Assembly (NCBI GenBank): GCA_963779495.1
Contig: CAVZYM010000005.1
Coordinates: 1,945,554-2,009,553 of the forward strand
DNA length: 64,000 nt
Origin: an uncultured Pseudomonadota bacterium
GTDB taxonomy: Bacteria; Myxococcota_A; Polyangia; Fen-1088
Direction of reading: 5' to 3'
In this document: in pieces, positions 9,677 through 18,184 of the stretch
How the letters are laid out: the number at the start of each line of letters is the position of its first letter
Position numbering within the stretch: the stretch's first letter is position 1
Made by a program: the position numbers and the translations under genes
Notes under the pieces: generated by a model
The model's database searches: none
Told to the model about the DNA's origin: nothing
The model's input: the letters and a program-made list of their open reading frames with translations, nothing else

Positions 9677-10840
9677 CAGCCACTCCCGGAGCAACCTCCA
9701 CACCGGGAATGGACACGGCGAGCGCCGCCCGTTTCGCGACGGGCGGTGTTCGCCGTGGTTACGTGTCACTCGGCCGGCTGGGGTCGGAATCTGGCGGGCG
9801 GTCGCCAGGAAGAGGGTGAGCACCAGCGGCCCGAGAAACAGACCGACGGCGCCGAAGGCCGCCAGGGCACCGATCAGCGAGAAGAAGATCAGCGCGCTGT
9901 GAAGGTGGGCGGCGCCCCCCTTGATCAACATCGGGCGCAGGATGTTGTCGATCAGCCCGACGATGAACAGCCCCCAGATCGTCAGGAACAGCGCCGCCCA
10001 GCGGTGACCGGTGAGCAGCAGCAGGCCGGCCACCGGCAGGGTCACCAGCGCCGAGCCGACCGAGGGGATCAACGCGGCGATCAGCGTGACCAGGCCGAAG
10101 AAGATCGGGCTCGGGGCGCGGGAGATGAAGAAGCCGCCTGTGGCCACCGCCGCCTGCGCCGCGGCGGTGATGAAGTTGGCCCCCAGCACCGAACGCGCCA
10201 CGGTGCGCAGCTCGTCCAGCACCGCGCGCACGCGGCCCTGAGGGAGGGGAGCGGTGCGTTCCAGCCAGACGACCAGCGCCCGTCCGTCCCGCAGCAAGAA
10301 GAAGAACGCGATCAGCATCATGGCGAGCTGAAACGCGAAGTGGCCGGCGGTGGCCAGCGTCCCCGACACGGTGCTGACGGCCCAGCGCTCCCCGGCGGCG
10401 GCGTGGGCTTGCAGCTTGTGGATCTGCCCCGGCAGGTGGTGTTGGAGCTGGCGCAGCCAGCCGGACAGCGGAGCGGGCGCTTTTTCGATCAGGCCGGCGA
10501 CGCCGCTGGACGCGAGGGTGTCACGGACGACGTCCGCCGCGTTCAGCGCCTCCCGGATCGCGATCGTCAGCAGGCCCGCGAGCGGCAGCAGGATCAGCAG
10601 CACGGTGCCGAGCGTGAACGCCGACGCCGCCAACGACCGCCGCCCGTGCCACCGGGTCACGACCCGTTCGTAAAACGGCTGCAGGACCGCCGCGACCACC
10701 GCCGCGACGAGCAGCGGCCGCCAGAGCGGCCAGATCGTCATCGCCAGCAGCAGGGTCGCGAGGCCGCACAGCGCCCAGGCGGACGGCGCCACCCCCCTCG
10801 CCCCCACCTTGCGTGACCCCTCCGAAGGCCGCTCAGCCAT
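9371..10840 (-). CDS. AI-2E family transporter (PerM/UPF0118); last ~130 codons doubtful
   Basis: Start MAERPSEG at 10840. Typical AI-2E multi-TM body with C-terminal IDNILRPMLIKG motif. After about 9790 the frame reads through the hairpin into Arg-rich low-GC3 sequence that overlaps the DUF2382 gene. Confidence 0.75.
   Translation of the reverse strand: MAERPSEGSRKVGARGVAPSAWALCGLATLLLAMTIWPLWRPLLVAAVVAAVLQPFYERVVTRWHGRRSLAASAFTLGTVLLILLPLAGLLTIAIREALNAADVVRDTLASSGVAGLIEKAPAPLSGWLRQLQHHLPGQIHKLQAHAAAGERWAVSTVSGTLATAGHFAFQLAMMLIAFFFLLRDGRALVVWLERTAPLPQGRVRAVLDELRTVARSVLGANFITAAAQAAVATGGFFISRAPSPIFFGLVTLIAALIPSVGSALVTLPVAGLLLLTGHRWAALFLTIWGLFIVGLIDNILRPMLIKGGAAHLHSALIFFSLIGALAAFGAVGLFLGPLVLTLFLATARQIPTPAGRVTRNHGEHRPSRNGRRSPCPFPVWRLLREWLSVSGRGGVAAHLGRVAAPARGLRRAGVAAGVLDSRTLRGAGWRRRPSVRPRRRCGPPSARAGVTACSPSPPPRAAEHRGPAPCTWIRTAASARRCWPRCVR
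9721..9750. terminator. GC-rich hairpin between convergent genes
   Basis: GCCGCCCGT (9724-9732) pairs with ACGGGCGGT (9739-9747) around a 6-nt loop. The stem is extendable to about 12 bp. No clear U-tract. Confidence 0.45.
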
Positions 10841-10936
10841 ATGTGGGGAACTTAACCACTGCAGCGGCCGGGCTCGCCCCCCGACTTCCGTTCTCGACGC
10901 AGTGCCACGACTTCCCTTATGGTGTGGGGACCGGGA

Positions 10937-12004
10937 ATGCAGATCGCTGCGCCGATTCGTGTTGCCGTCGTCGGGGCGGGGCATTGGGGCCCGAACCTGA
11001 TCCGTAACTTTGACAACCGCCCCGCCAGCGTGGTGCGCGCCGTCTGCGACCGCGATCGCGCCCGCCTCGATCAGGTGGCGGCCCGATTCCCGCACATTCC
11101 CGTCACCGACCAGTTCGAGCTGGTGCTGGCCGACGCCGACATCGACGCGGTCGTGGTCGCGACGCCGACCGGGAGCCACTTCGCGCTCTGCAAGGCGGCG
11201 CTCGCCGCGGGGAAGGACGTCCTGGTCGAAAAGCCGATCACGACACGCACCGCCGACGCCCTCGAGCTGACCGCGCTGGCCGAGCGAGAGGGGCGGATCC
11301 TGATGGTGGGTCACGTCTTCCTGTTCAACCAGGCGGTGCGCAGGGTGCGCGCCTACCTGGAGGCGGGGGACCTGGGGCGCGTCTACTTCGTGTCGATGGT
11401 GCGCACCAACCTGGGGCCGATCCGCGTCGACGTGAACGCGTCGTGGGACCTGATCTCGCACGACCTCTCGATCGTGAACTACTGGCTCGGCGGCGAGCCG
11501 CTGAGCGTGTCGGCGGTCGGCGGCAACTGGATCAACCCCGGGGTCGAGGACGCGATCTTCGCGACGCTGCGCTATCCGAACGGAATCCTGGTCAACGTGC
11601 ACGCCTCGTGGCTGAACCCGCGCAAGGCCCGGGACATCACCGTCGCCGGCGACCGTCGCATGCTGACCTTCGACGACATGAACCTGATGGAGCCGATCCG
11701 GATCTACGACAAGCGGGTCGCCGAGGAGGCGCCGGCCGTGGTCGACACCTTCGCGTCGTTCCGGGCCAGCATCCGCGACGGCGACATCACCATCCCCAAG
11801 ATCTCGGCGGGTGAGCCGCTGAAGGCCGAGTGCGACCACTTTCTCGAGTGCGTGCGCACCCGCAAACGGCCGCTGGTCGGCGGCACGGAGGCGACCGCGG
11901 TCGTGCGCGCGCTGGAGGCGATCGATCGGTCGATGCGGGCCGGCGGTCGAGAAGAGGCGATAGCGCCCCAAACGATGACGCCGCCGATAGCGGGGCAGGG
12001 CTGA
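10937..12004 (+). CDS. Gfo/Idh/MocA oxidoreductase (sugar-nucleotide dehydrogenase-like, WbpB/GnnA-type)
   Basis: Rossmann motif IRVAVVGAGHWGPN and LVEKPIT motif. Its stop overlaps the next start (TGATG). Confidence 0.8.
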   Translation: MQIAAPIRVAVVGAGHWGPNLIRNFDNRPASVVRAVCDRDRARLDQVAARFPHIPVTDQFELVLADADIDAVVVATPTGSHFALCKAALAAGKDVLVEKPITTRTADALELTALAEREGRILMVGHVFLFNQAVRRVRAYLEAGDLGRVYFVSMVRTNLGPIRVDVNASWDLISHDLSIVNYWLGGEPLSVSAVGGNWINPGVEDAIFATLRYPNGILVNVHASWLNPRKARDITVAGDRRMLTFDDMNLMEPIRIYDKRVAEEAPAVVDTFASFRASIRDGDITIPKISAGEPLKAECDHFLECVRTRKRPLVGGTEATAVVRALEAIDRSMRAGGREEAIAPQTMTPPIAGQG

Positions 12005-13148
12005 TGGCCGACCAGAAGATCCCGCTGGTCGATCTGGCCGCCCCGCATCGGGAGATCGCCGCCGAGGTCCAGGCCGGCTTCGCGGCGGTGCTCGAAACGA
12101 CCGCGTTCGTTCTGGGGCCGGCGGTCCGCGAGTTCGAGGCGGCGTATGCGGCGTTCGTCGGCGCCCGGCACTGCGTCGGCGTCGCCAACGGCACCGACGC
12201 GCTGGAGCTGGCCCTGCGCGCGGTGGGGATCGGCGCCGGCGACGAGGTGATCGTTCCCGCCAACACGTTCATCGCCACCGCGCTGGCGGTGGCGCGGGCG
12301 GGCGCGACGCCGGTGCTGGTCGACTGCGATCCGCTCCACCAGCTGATCGCCGTCGAGCAGATCGAGCGGCGCCTCACCGCCCGCACCCGGGCCGTCATCC
12401 CGGTCCACCTCTTCGGGCAGATGGCGCCGATGGCGGCGATCGACGCGCTGGCGACGGCGCGCGGGCTGGCGGTGATCGAGGACGCGGCCCAGGCGCAGGG
12501 CGCGACGCAGGTGCAAGGCGCGACGCAGCCGCAGCAAAGACAGCCCGGGCCGGGGCGGTCGGCGTGGTGGCGGCGACCAGCTTCTATCCGGGCAAGAACC
12601 TGGGCGCCTACGGCGACGGCGGCGCCATCACCACCGACTCCGACGCGATCGCGGCCAAGATCCGGGCGCTGCGCAACTACGGCAGCGAGGTGAAGTACCA
12701 CCACCCCGAGACCGGCTTCAATTCGCGGCTCGACACTCTGCAGGCGGTGGTGTTGCTCGCCAAGCTGAAGCGCCTGGCCGGCTGGAACGAGGCCCGGCGG
12801 CGGGCCGCGGCCCGCTACGACGAGCTCCTGGCCGGTCTGCCGGGCGCGGCGCCCGTGCCGACGGTCGCGGGGAACCAGCACATCCATCATCTGTACGTGG
12901 TGCGGGTGCCGAACCGCGACGCCGTGCTGGCGCGGCTGAACGCCGACGGTATCGGCGCCGGCATCCACTACCCGGTCCCGATCCACCTGCAGGGGGCGTT
13001 CGCGCATCTCGGGCACGGGCCGGGCGATTTTCCGGTCGCCGAGCGCGCGGCCGGCGAGATCCTGTCGCTGCCGATGTTTCCCGAGATCACGCCGGCCCAG
13101 CAGACGCGCGTCGTCGGGTCGCTGCGCGCGGCGCTGGCCCAGGGCTAG
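12004..13148 (+). pseudogene. DegT/DnrJ/EryC1/StrS aminotransferase, frame-disrupted near 12.51-12.56 kb (or sequencing indel)
   Basis: The N-terminal half (frame of 12004) ends ...VIEDAAQAQGAT. The C-terminal half (ORF 12564..13148) starts VAATSFYPGKNLGAYGDGGA, which holds the PLP-lysine region. Together they form one canonical DegT protein. Confidence 0.8.
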
Positions 13149-13150
13149 GC

Positions 13151-13867
13151 ATGTACCGCGGGCTGAAGGTCGTCCTGATCGCGCCGGTCCTGAACGAGGA
13201 CAAGAAGATCGGTGAGGTGGTGCGGCGCGCGCCGCGCGACATCGTCGATCACGTGCTGGTCGTCGACGACGGCTCGACGGACGCCTCCGCCGAGGTGGCG
13301 CGGGCCGGGGGCGCGGACGTGCTGGCGCTGGGGCGGACCATCGGTGTCGGGGCGGCGCTGCGGGCCGGCTTCACCTGGGCGCGCGCGCACGGCGCCGACG
13401 TGATCGCGATCTGCGCCGGCAACAACAAGGACGCGCCCGAGGAGCTGCCGCGGCTGCTCGACCCGATCGCCGGCGGCGCCGACTTCGTGCAGGGGTCGCG
13501 CTTCCTGGCCGGCGGCCGCACCGGCGGCATGCCGCTCTATCGTCACTTCGCCACCCGCCTGCACCCGCTGCTCTTCTCGCTGGCGGCCCGCAAGCGCGTC
13601 TCGGAGTCGACCAACGGCTTCCGGGCGTTTCGGGCCAGCCTGCTGGACGACGCGCGCATCGACCTCGGTCAGGACTGGCTGGACGAGTACGAGCTGGAGC
13701 CTTACCTCTACTGGAAGGCGATCCGCCTCGGCTACCGCACCTGCGAGGTCCCGGTCACGAAGATCTACCCGCCCAAGGCGCTCGGCTACACCAAGATGAA
13801 ACCGATCACGGGCTGGTGGTCGATGCTGAAACCGATCGTGCTGCTCGGGCTGGGGTTGCGAAAATGA
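13151..13867 (+). CDS. glycosyltransferase family 2 (polyprenyl-phosphate sugar synthase-like)
   Basis: VLIAPVLNEDKKI...VVDDGSTD GT2 N-terminal signature and a C-terminal TM segment. Confidence 0.8.
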   Translation: MYRGLKVVLIAPVLNEDKKIGEVVRRAPRDIVDHVLVVDDGSTDASAEVARAGGADVLALGRTIGVGAALRAGFTWARAHGADVIAICAGNNKDAPEELPRLLDPIAGGADFVQGSRFLAGGRTGGMPLYRHFATRLHPLLFSLAARKRVSESTNGFRAFRASLLDDARIDLGQDWLDEYELEPYLYWKAIRLGYRTCEVPVTKIYPPKALGYTKMKPITGWWSMLKPIVLLGLGLRK

Positions 13868-14430
13868 GCGGCGTCGGTCCATTTCACGCCGCCGCACTGG
13901 TCGAGAGCGTCGACGTCGGCGAGGGCACACGGATCTGGGCCTTCGCGCACGTGATGGCGGGGGCGCGGGTGGGGCGGAACTGCAACCTGGGCGAGGGGGT
14001 GTTCGTCGAGGGGGGCGTCGTGATCGGAGACGACGTGACGATCAAGAACGGGGTCGCGGTCTACGCCGGCGTCACCGTCGAGGACGAGGCGTTCCTGGGC
14101 CCGCACTGTGTGTTCACCAACGACCTGCGGCCTCGCTCGGGGCGGTTCAAGCGCCCGCCGTCGGCGTTCGCGCCGACCCGCATCGGCCGCGGCGCGACCG
14201 TGGGCGCCAACGCGACCGTCGTCTGCGGACACACCGTCGGCACCTACGCGATGGTCGCAGCCGGCGCCGTCGTCACACGGGACGTGCCGCCGTACGCGCT
14301 CGTGGCCGGCGTGCCGGCGCGTCCGATCGGCTTCGTCTGTGCCTGCGGTGAGACGCTCCCGTCGACGCTGACCTGTTCGTGCGGGCGCGGCTACGACCGC
14401 GACGGCGCCGGTCTGCGTCCGCGCGGCTAG
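13864..14430 (+). CDS. hexapeptide-repeat (LbH) N-acetyltransferase, WbpD/WlbB-like, with Cys4 tail
   Basis: Left-handed beta-helix repeats (GRNCNLGEGVFVEGGVVIGDDVTIKNGV...). ATGA overlap with the GT2 stop. C-terminal CACG...CSCG. Confidence 0.75.
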   Translation: MSGVGPFHAAALVESVDVGEGTRIWAFAHVMAGARVGRNCNLGEGVFVEGGVVIGDDVTIKNGVAVYAGVTVEDEAFLGPHCVFTNDLRPRSGRFKRPPSAFAPTRIGRGATVGANATVVCGHTVGTYAMVAAGAVVTRDVPPYALVAGVPARPIGFVCACGETLPSTLTCSCGRGYDRDGAGLRPRG

Positions 14431-14453
14431 CATTGACGGGCTGGGTTGCCGTG

Positions 14454-14542
14454 CGGCGTCCGCACCGTCCGGCGTCCGCACCGGGGTTGCGGCGCAGGGA
14501 GAGCGTCCCGGCGTCCGCACCGGGGTTGCGGCGCAGGGAGAG
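14454..14542. repeat. tandem direct repeat, 39-bp unit, about 2.3 copies
   Basis: CCGGCGTCCGCACCGGGGTTGCGGCGCAGGGAGAG occurs at 14469 and 14508. A partial CGGCGTCCGCACC copy lies at 14454. Confidence 0.85.
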
Positions 14543-14728
14543 AGAGGGTCCGGGGCGGAGAGCCTTGGGGCTTTGACCGGGAACGCCTATTTCGCGTCGT
14601 GGCTACGCGTTTCCGGGGCACAGCGACAAGAGCGGCGCTACGAATCCCAGGCCTCATCCTCCCTCGGCGCACAAGTCACTCGCCGGCGAGCCGGTATATG
14701 CTGCTGCATCCTTTTCGACTGCGGGCTG

Positions 14729-15640
14729 TCAGGCTGGAGACGGATGCGGTTCGCAGAGCGCGTTGGTGAACCGCCGGAGCCAGTACGTTCCCGCCGGAAA
14801 GGGGATGCCGCTGACTCCTCGCGCGAAACAGGCCCGGGCAGCAGCGTACGCGTCCCGGAAGATCCGGTTGCGCGCGAGCGCCTCGATGCGCGCCCACTTA
14901 CTACGCGCAGCGACGCGAGGATTCATTCCACGCTTCGGTTCTCGGTTCCCCGGACGATCGTTCCATCGCTGAGCCAGCACCGCCCGTCGTCCGACGACGA
15001 TCCGGCCGTGCCGCATGCGTTCGATCGCGACAACTTCCTCGACGTAACGTATCCGCTCCAGAATCGACGCCGCCAGCTCGCGATCGGACAGATGCTCGAA
15101 TCCTCGGGGCCTAGAGAGCCGAAGAGAAATCGTCTCGGGCATTGCGCCTTCGTCTCGAAAGAAGTGTTTCGGACGGGAAGCCGACAGGACCGTTCCGTGT
15201 AGCAAGTGGCCGACCGAACTGACGCCTGGCCAGTGGTGAGCTTTTTCAACGAGGCCATCTTTGACCGGGTTGGTCAGCGCATAGGTCATCTTGTCGAGGA
15301 TGTCGGTCGGTTCCACCAGACGCACGACGCTGGTCTGTTCCGAAGACCAGAAGTTCTCCCAGCGACCACGTAAGGCGTTCTGGCACTTAGCGAACAGCTT
15401 GTGAAAGTGTTCGATGAACGCCGGGTAGTTACCTTCGGGGTCGTGGATGCCGGTGTGATGGTGATTGCTCATCGCCACCGTGAAAATCACCTCGATGTGG
15501 AACCGGGCAGCCGCATCAGCGAGGCAATAGATGAACGCGTTGTTGGTCTCCCGGTCCGGACGCATCAGATACTGCCGCTGCGTGCAGCGGCGGGTGATCA
15601 TGTAAGTACGCCCAGGCAGCACTTCGCGCGGAAGGGACAT
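14729..15640 (-). CDS. IS200/RAYT-like HUH (Y1) transposase-family protein, full length (303 aa)
   Basis: HUH-like SNHHHTG and the YALTNPVKDGLVEKAHHWPGVSS motif, typical of COG1943 Y1 transposases, plus a ~150-aa C-terminal extension. Confidence 0.75.
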   Translation of the reverse strand: MSLPREVLPGRTYMITRRCTQRQYLMRPDRETNNAFIYCLADAAARFHIEVIFTVAMSNHHHTGIHDPEGNYPAFIEHFHKLFAKCQNALRGRWENFWSSEQTSVVRLVEPTDILDKMTYALTNPVKDGLVEKAHHWPGVSSVGHLLHGTVLSASRPKHFFRDEGAMPETISLRLSRPRGFEHLSDRELAASILERIRYVEEVVAIERMRHGRIVVGRRAVLAQRWNDRPGNREPKRGMNPRVAARSKWARIEALARNRIFRDAYAAARACFARGVSGIPFPAGTYWLRRFTNALCEPHPSPA

Positions 15641-16205
15641 GCCCGCTGTTCGGCGAGTCGTCGTTTCTGTGTCGAAAAAATCAACCTGGGAGTGGCCTGG
15701 CGCGGCAAGTGGCCGACCGAACTGACGCCTGGCCAGTGGTGAGCTTTTTCAACGAGGCCATCTTTGACCGGGTTGGTCAGCGCATAGGTCATCTTGTCGA
15801 GGATGTCGGTCGGTTCCACTAGACGCACGACGCTGGTCTGTTCCGAAGACCAGAAGTTCTCCCAGCGACCACGTAAGGCGTTCTGGCACTTAGCGAACAG
15901 CTTGTGAAAGTGTTCGATGAACGCCGGGTAGTTACCTTCGGGGTCGTGGATGCCGGTGTGATGGTGATTGCTCATCGCCACCGTGAAAATCACCTCGATG
16001 TGGAACCGGGCAGCCGCATCAGCGAGGCAATAGATGAACGCGTTGTTGGTCTCCCGGTCCGGACGCATCAGATACTGCCGCTGCGTGCAGCGGCGGGTGA
16101 TCATGTAAGTACGCCCAGGCAGCACTTCGCGCGGAAGGGACATGCCCGCTGTTCGGCGAGTCGTCGTTTCTGTGTCGAAAAAATCAACCTGGGAGTGGCC
16201 TGGCG
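15202..16205. repeat. 503-bp tandem duplication (two copies)
   Basis: 15202-15702 is repeated at 15705-16205. My base-by-base comparison finds one mismatch (C15317 versus T15820). Confidence 0.95.
15598..16143 (-). pseudogene. truncated duplicate of the HUH transposase gene (aa 1-146 plus out-of-frame tail)
   Basis: Identical N-terminal 146 aa to the 14729..15640 product. After the duplication junction it reads PRQATPRLIF... into the leader of the full copy. Confidence 0.8.
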
Positions 16206-16239
16206 ACGGTTGGACCAACCGCGCGCTAGAGTCGGGGCC

Positions 16240-17106
16240 ATGGCATCCGGGTGGCGAACCGTCGTTCGAAATGGTCTCGACGTCGTCGAGATCGAGACCG
16301 CTGCGTCGACCGTGGCGATCGCGCTTCAGGGGGCGCAGGTGTTGAGCTTCGTCCCGCGCGGTGGGACCGACTGGCTCTGGGTGAGCGAGCGGGCGCGCTG
16401 GACCGCGGGAGCGGCGCTGCGGGGCGGTATCCCGATCTGCTTCCCCTGGTTCGGACCGCACCCGGGAAATGCGACGGAAAACGCGCGGGCGTTCCCCGCG
16501 CACGGGTTCGCGCGCACGCGCGTCTGGCGCCTGGCGGACGTCGGCGAGCTCGACGGCGGGCGCGTCCGGGCAACGCTGGCGCTCGCCTCAGACGACGCGA
16601 CCGCGGCGCTGTTCCCGCACCCGTTCGAGGCGCGGCTGACGGTCACCGTCGGCGACGAGCTGGCGCTGGCGTTCGAGGTGACGAACACCGGCGCCGCGCC
16701 GCTGGCTTACGAGGTCGCGCTGCACACCTACTTCGCCGTCTCGGACGTCGCCGCCATCGCGATCGAAGGGCTGGGCGGGTGCGAGGTCGTCGACAAGGTC
16801 GCGGGGGGCGAACGGCGGCGGGAGGGGGAGGCGCCCGTGCACATCGCCGGCGAGGTCGATCGGATCTACGACAGCGGCGGTCCGGTGACGTTACGCGCGC
16901 CAGGGCGCGCGCCGCTGCGGATCGAGAGCGGCGGCGCCGGCTCGACGGTGGTCTGGAACCCGGCGCCCGCGAAGACCGCCACGCTCGGCGACATGGCCCC
17001 CGACGGTTACCGCGGCTTCGTCTGCATCGAGACGGGCGCGATCGGCGACCGGCGCATCACCCTCGCCCCGGGCGCCCGCCACGCGCTGACCGTCCGTTAT
17101 TCGTAA
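16240..17106 (+). CDS. aldose 1-epimerase family protein (D-hexose-6-phosphate mutarotase-like)
   Basis: GGIPICFPWFGPH, FPAHGFAR and FVCIETG motifs. Start set at ATG 16240 because the upstream part of track ORF 15904.. is antisense to the transposase duplication. Confidence 0.8.
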   Translation: MASGWRTVVRNGLDVVEIETAASTVAIALQGAQVLSFVPRGGTDWLWVSERARWTAGAALRGGIPICFPWFGPHPGNATENARAFPAHGFARTRVWRLADVGELDGGRVRATLALASDDATAALFPHPFEARLTVTVGDELALAFEVTNTGAAPLAYEVALHTYFAVSDVAAIAIEGLGGCEVVDKVAGGERRREGEAPVHIAGEVDRIYDSGGPVTLRAPGRAPLRIESGGAGSTVVWNPAPAKTATLGDMAPDGYRGFVCIETGAIGDRRITLAPGARHALTVRYS

Positions 17107-17639
17107 TTGTGCAGGATCGTGTAGGTCGCGGTTCGGGCCGGGCGGTCGGGCGCGTGGATCGAGACGGTCATGACCGTGTCGTGCGGCAGCGCCGCGTAGT
17201 GGTGCTGGCAGGCCACCAGCACCGCCCCCTCGGCTGGATCGAAGGGCGCGGCGTCGATGTCGGCGACCAGCGCGCCGGTCGACTCGGAGGTGATCCGGAA
17301 GCCGACCCGCTCGGCGCCGGTCAGGTCGAGCCCACACAGGCGGTGGATCAGCAGATCCGTATCGGAACGGAACTGGACCTCCCGGCGCTCGCCGGGGAGG
17401 AAGTCGTTCTGGTGAATCCGAACGCCGCGCTCCCGGAACCGCTCGATCTGCTGGCGCGACACCACCGGCGGCAGCACCCCGCGCACCGCTTCGGTCACGG
17501 CCGCGACGCGCGCGGAGGTGGCGCTGCAGTCGGCGCAGCCGAAGAGGTGCTCGTCCAGGGTGGCGGTCTGGGCCTCGTCGAGATCGGCGGCCCAGTAGTC
17601 CACCAGCGTGGCCCAGGCGATGGGGTTCGGGCAGGTCAT
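17097..17639 (-). CDS. anti-sigma factor (zf-HC2-like)
   Basis: N-terminal HLFGCADC zinc-finger-like motif. Overlaps the upstream ECF sigma stop. Confidence 0.7.
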   Translation of the reverse strand: MTCPNPIAWATLVDYWAADLDEAQTATLDEHLFGCADCSATSARVAAVTEAVRGVLPPVVSRQQIERFRERGVRIHQNDFLPGERREVQFRSDTDLLIHRLCGLDLTGAERVGFRITSESTGALVADIDAAPFDPAEGAVLVACQHHYAALPHDTVMTVSIHAPDRPARTATYTILHNYE

Positions 17640-18184
17640 GCGTCCGCCTCCTTGGGTGCGTCGAGACAGCGACGAAGCGCCGCGATCGCGCGGTGGCGCA
17701 CCACGCGGACATTGACCGATGAGATCGCCAGCAGCGTCGCGATCTCGCCCGCGGGGCGCTCGTCGCTGAACGACAGCATCACCACCTGGCGGCCGCGTTC
17801 GTCGAGCGTGCCCAGGCAGCGCACCAGCGCCGCCGTGTCGACCCGGTCGTGGGTCTCAGCGTCGCCGGCGAGCTCCGCCAGCGCCTCGTCGCCGGCGGAG
17901 CGCCGCTCGACCTCCCGCATCCGCAGCGCGACGTTGCGGCTGGTGCCGAGCATGAAGCGGTCGACGCGTTCGGGATCCTCGATCCGCCCGGCGCGCGCGG
18001 CCTGCAGCACTGCCAGCAGCACCGCCTGGACCAGATCGCGCGCCCGATCTTCGTCGCGCAGGTGGCGCAGGCCGTACAGCCGGATGCGCGGAGCAAATCG
18101 CCGGCAGAGCTCGGCCTCGGCGGCGGGGGCGTCGTCGGCCCGCGCCGCGATCGACCGCAGCAGCTCTGCGTCCGGCGCCGGCAT
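17636..18184 (-). CDS. ECF-type RNA polymerase sigma-70 factor
   Basis: Region 2 (DLVQAVLLAVL...DRFMLGTSRNVAL) and region 4 (ERGRQVVMLSF...IATLLAISSVNVRVVRHRA). Start chosen at ATG 18184 (MPAPDAELL). Confidence 0.8.
   Translation of the reverse strand: MPAPDAELLRSIAARADDAPAAEAELCRRFAPRIRLYGLRHLRDEDRARDLVQAVLLAVLQAARAGRIEDPERVDRFMLGTSRNVALRMREVERRSAGDEALAELAGDAETHDRVDTAALVRCLGTLDERGRQVVMLSFSDERPAGEIATLLAISSVNVRVVRHRAIAALRRCLDAPKEADA

Noticed and set aside
14454-14542. Possible CRISPR array (also considered for the 55664-55727 repeats)
   Set aside because: There are only 2-3 contiguous repeat copies with no unique spacers of spacer-like length, and no cas genes in the window. These are tandem or direct repeats, not CRISPR.
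15904-16239. N-terminal 112 aa of track ORF 15904..17106 (same peptide also at 15401..15742)
   Set aside because: It is antisense to the duplicated transposase segment and appears twice only because of the duplication. The epimerase-family similarity starts at ATG 16240.
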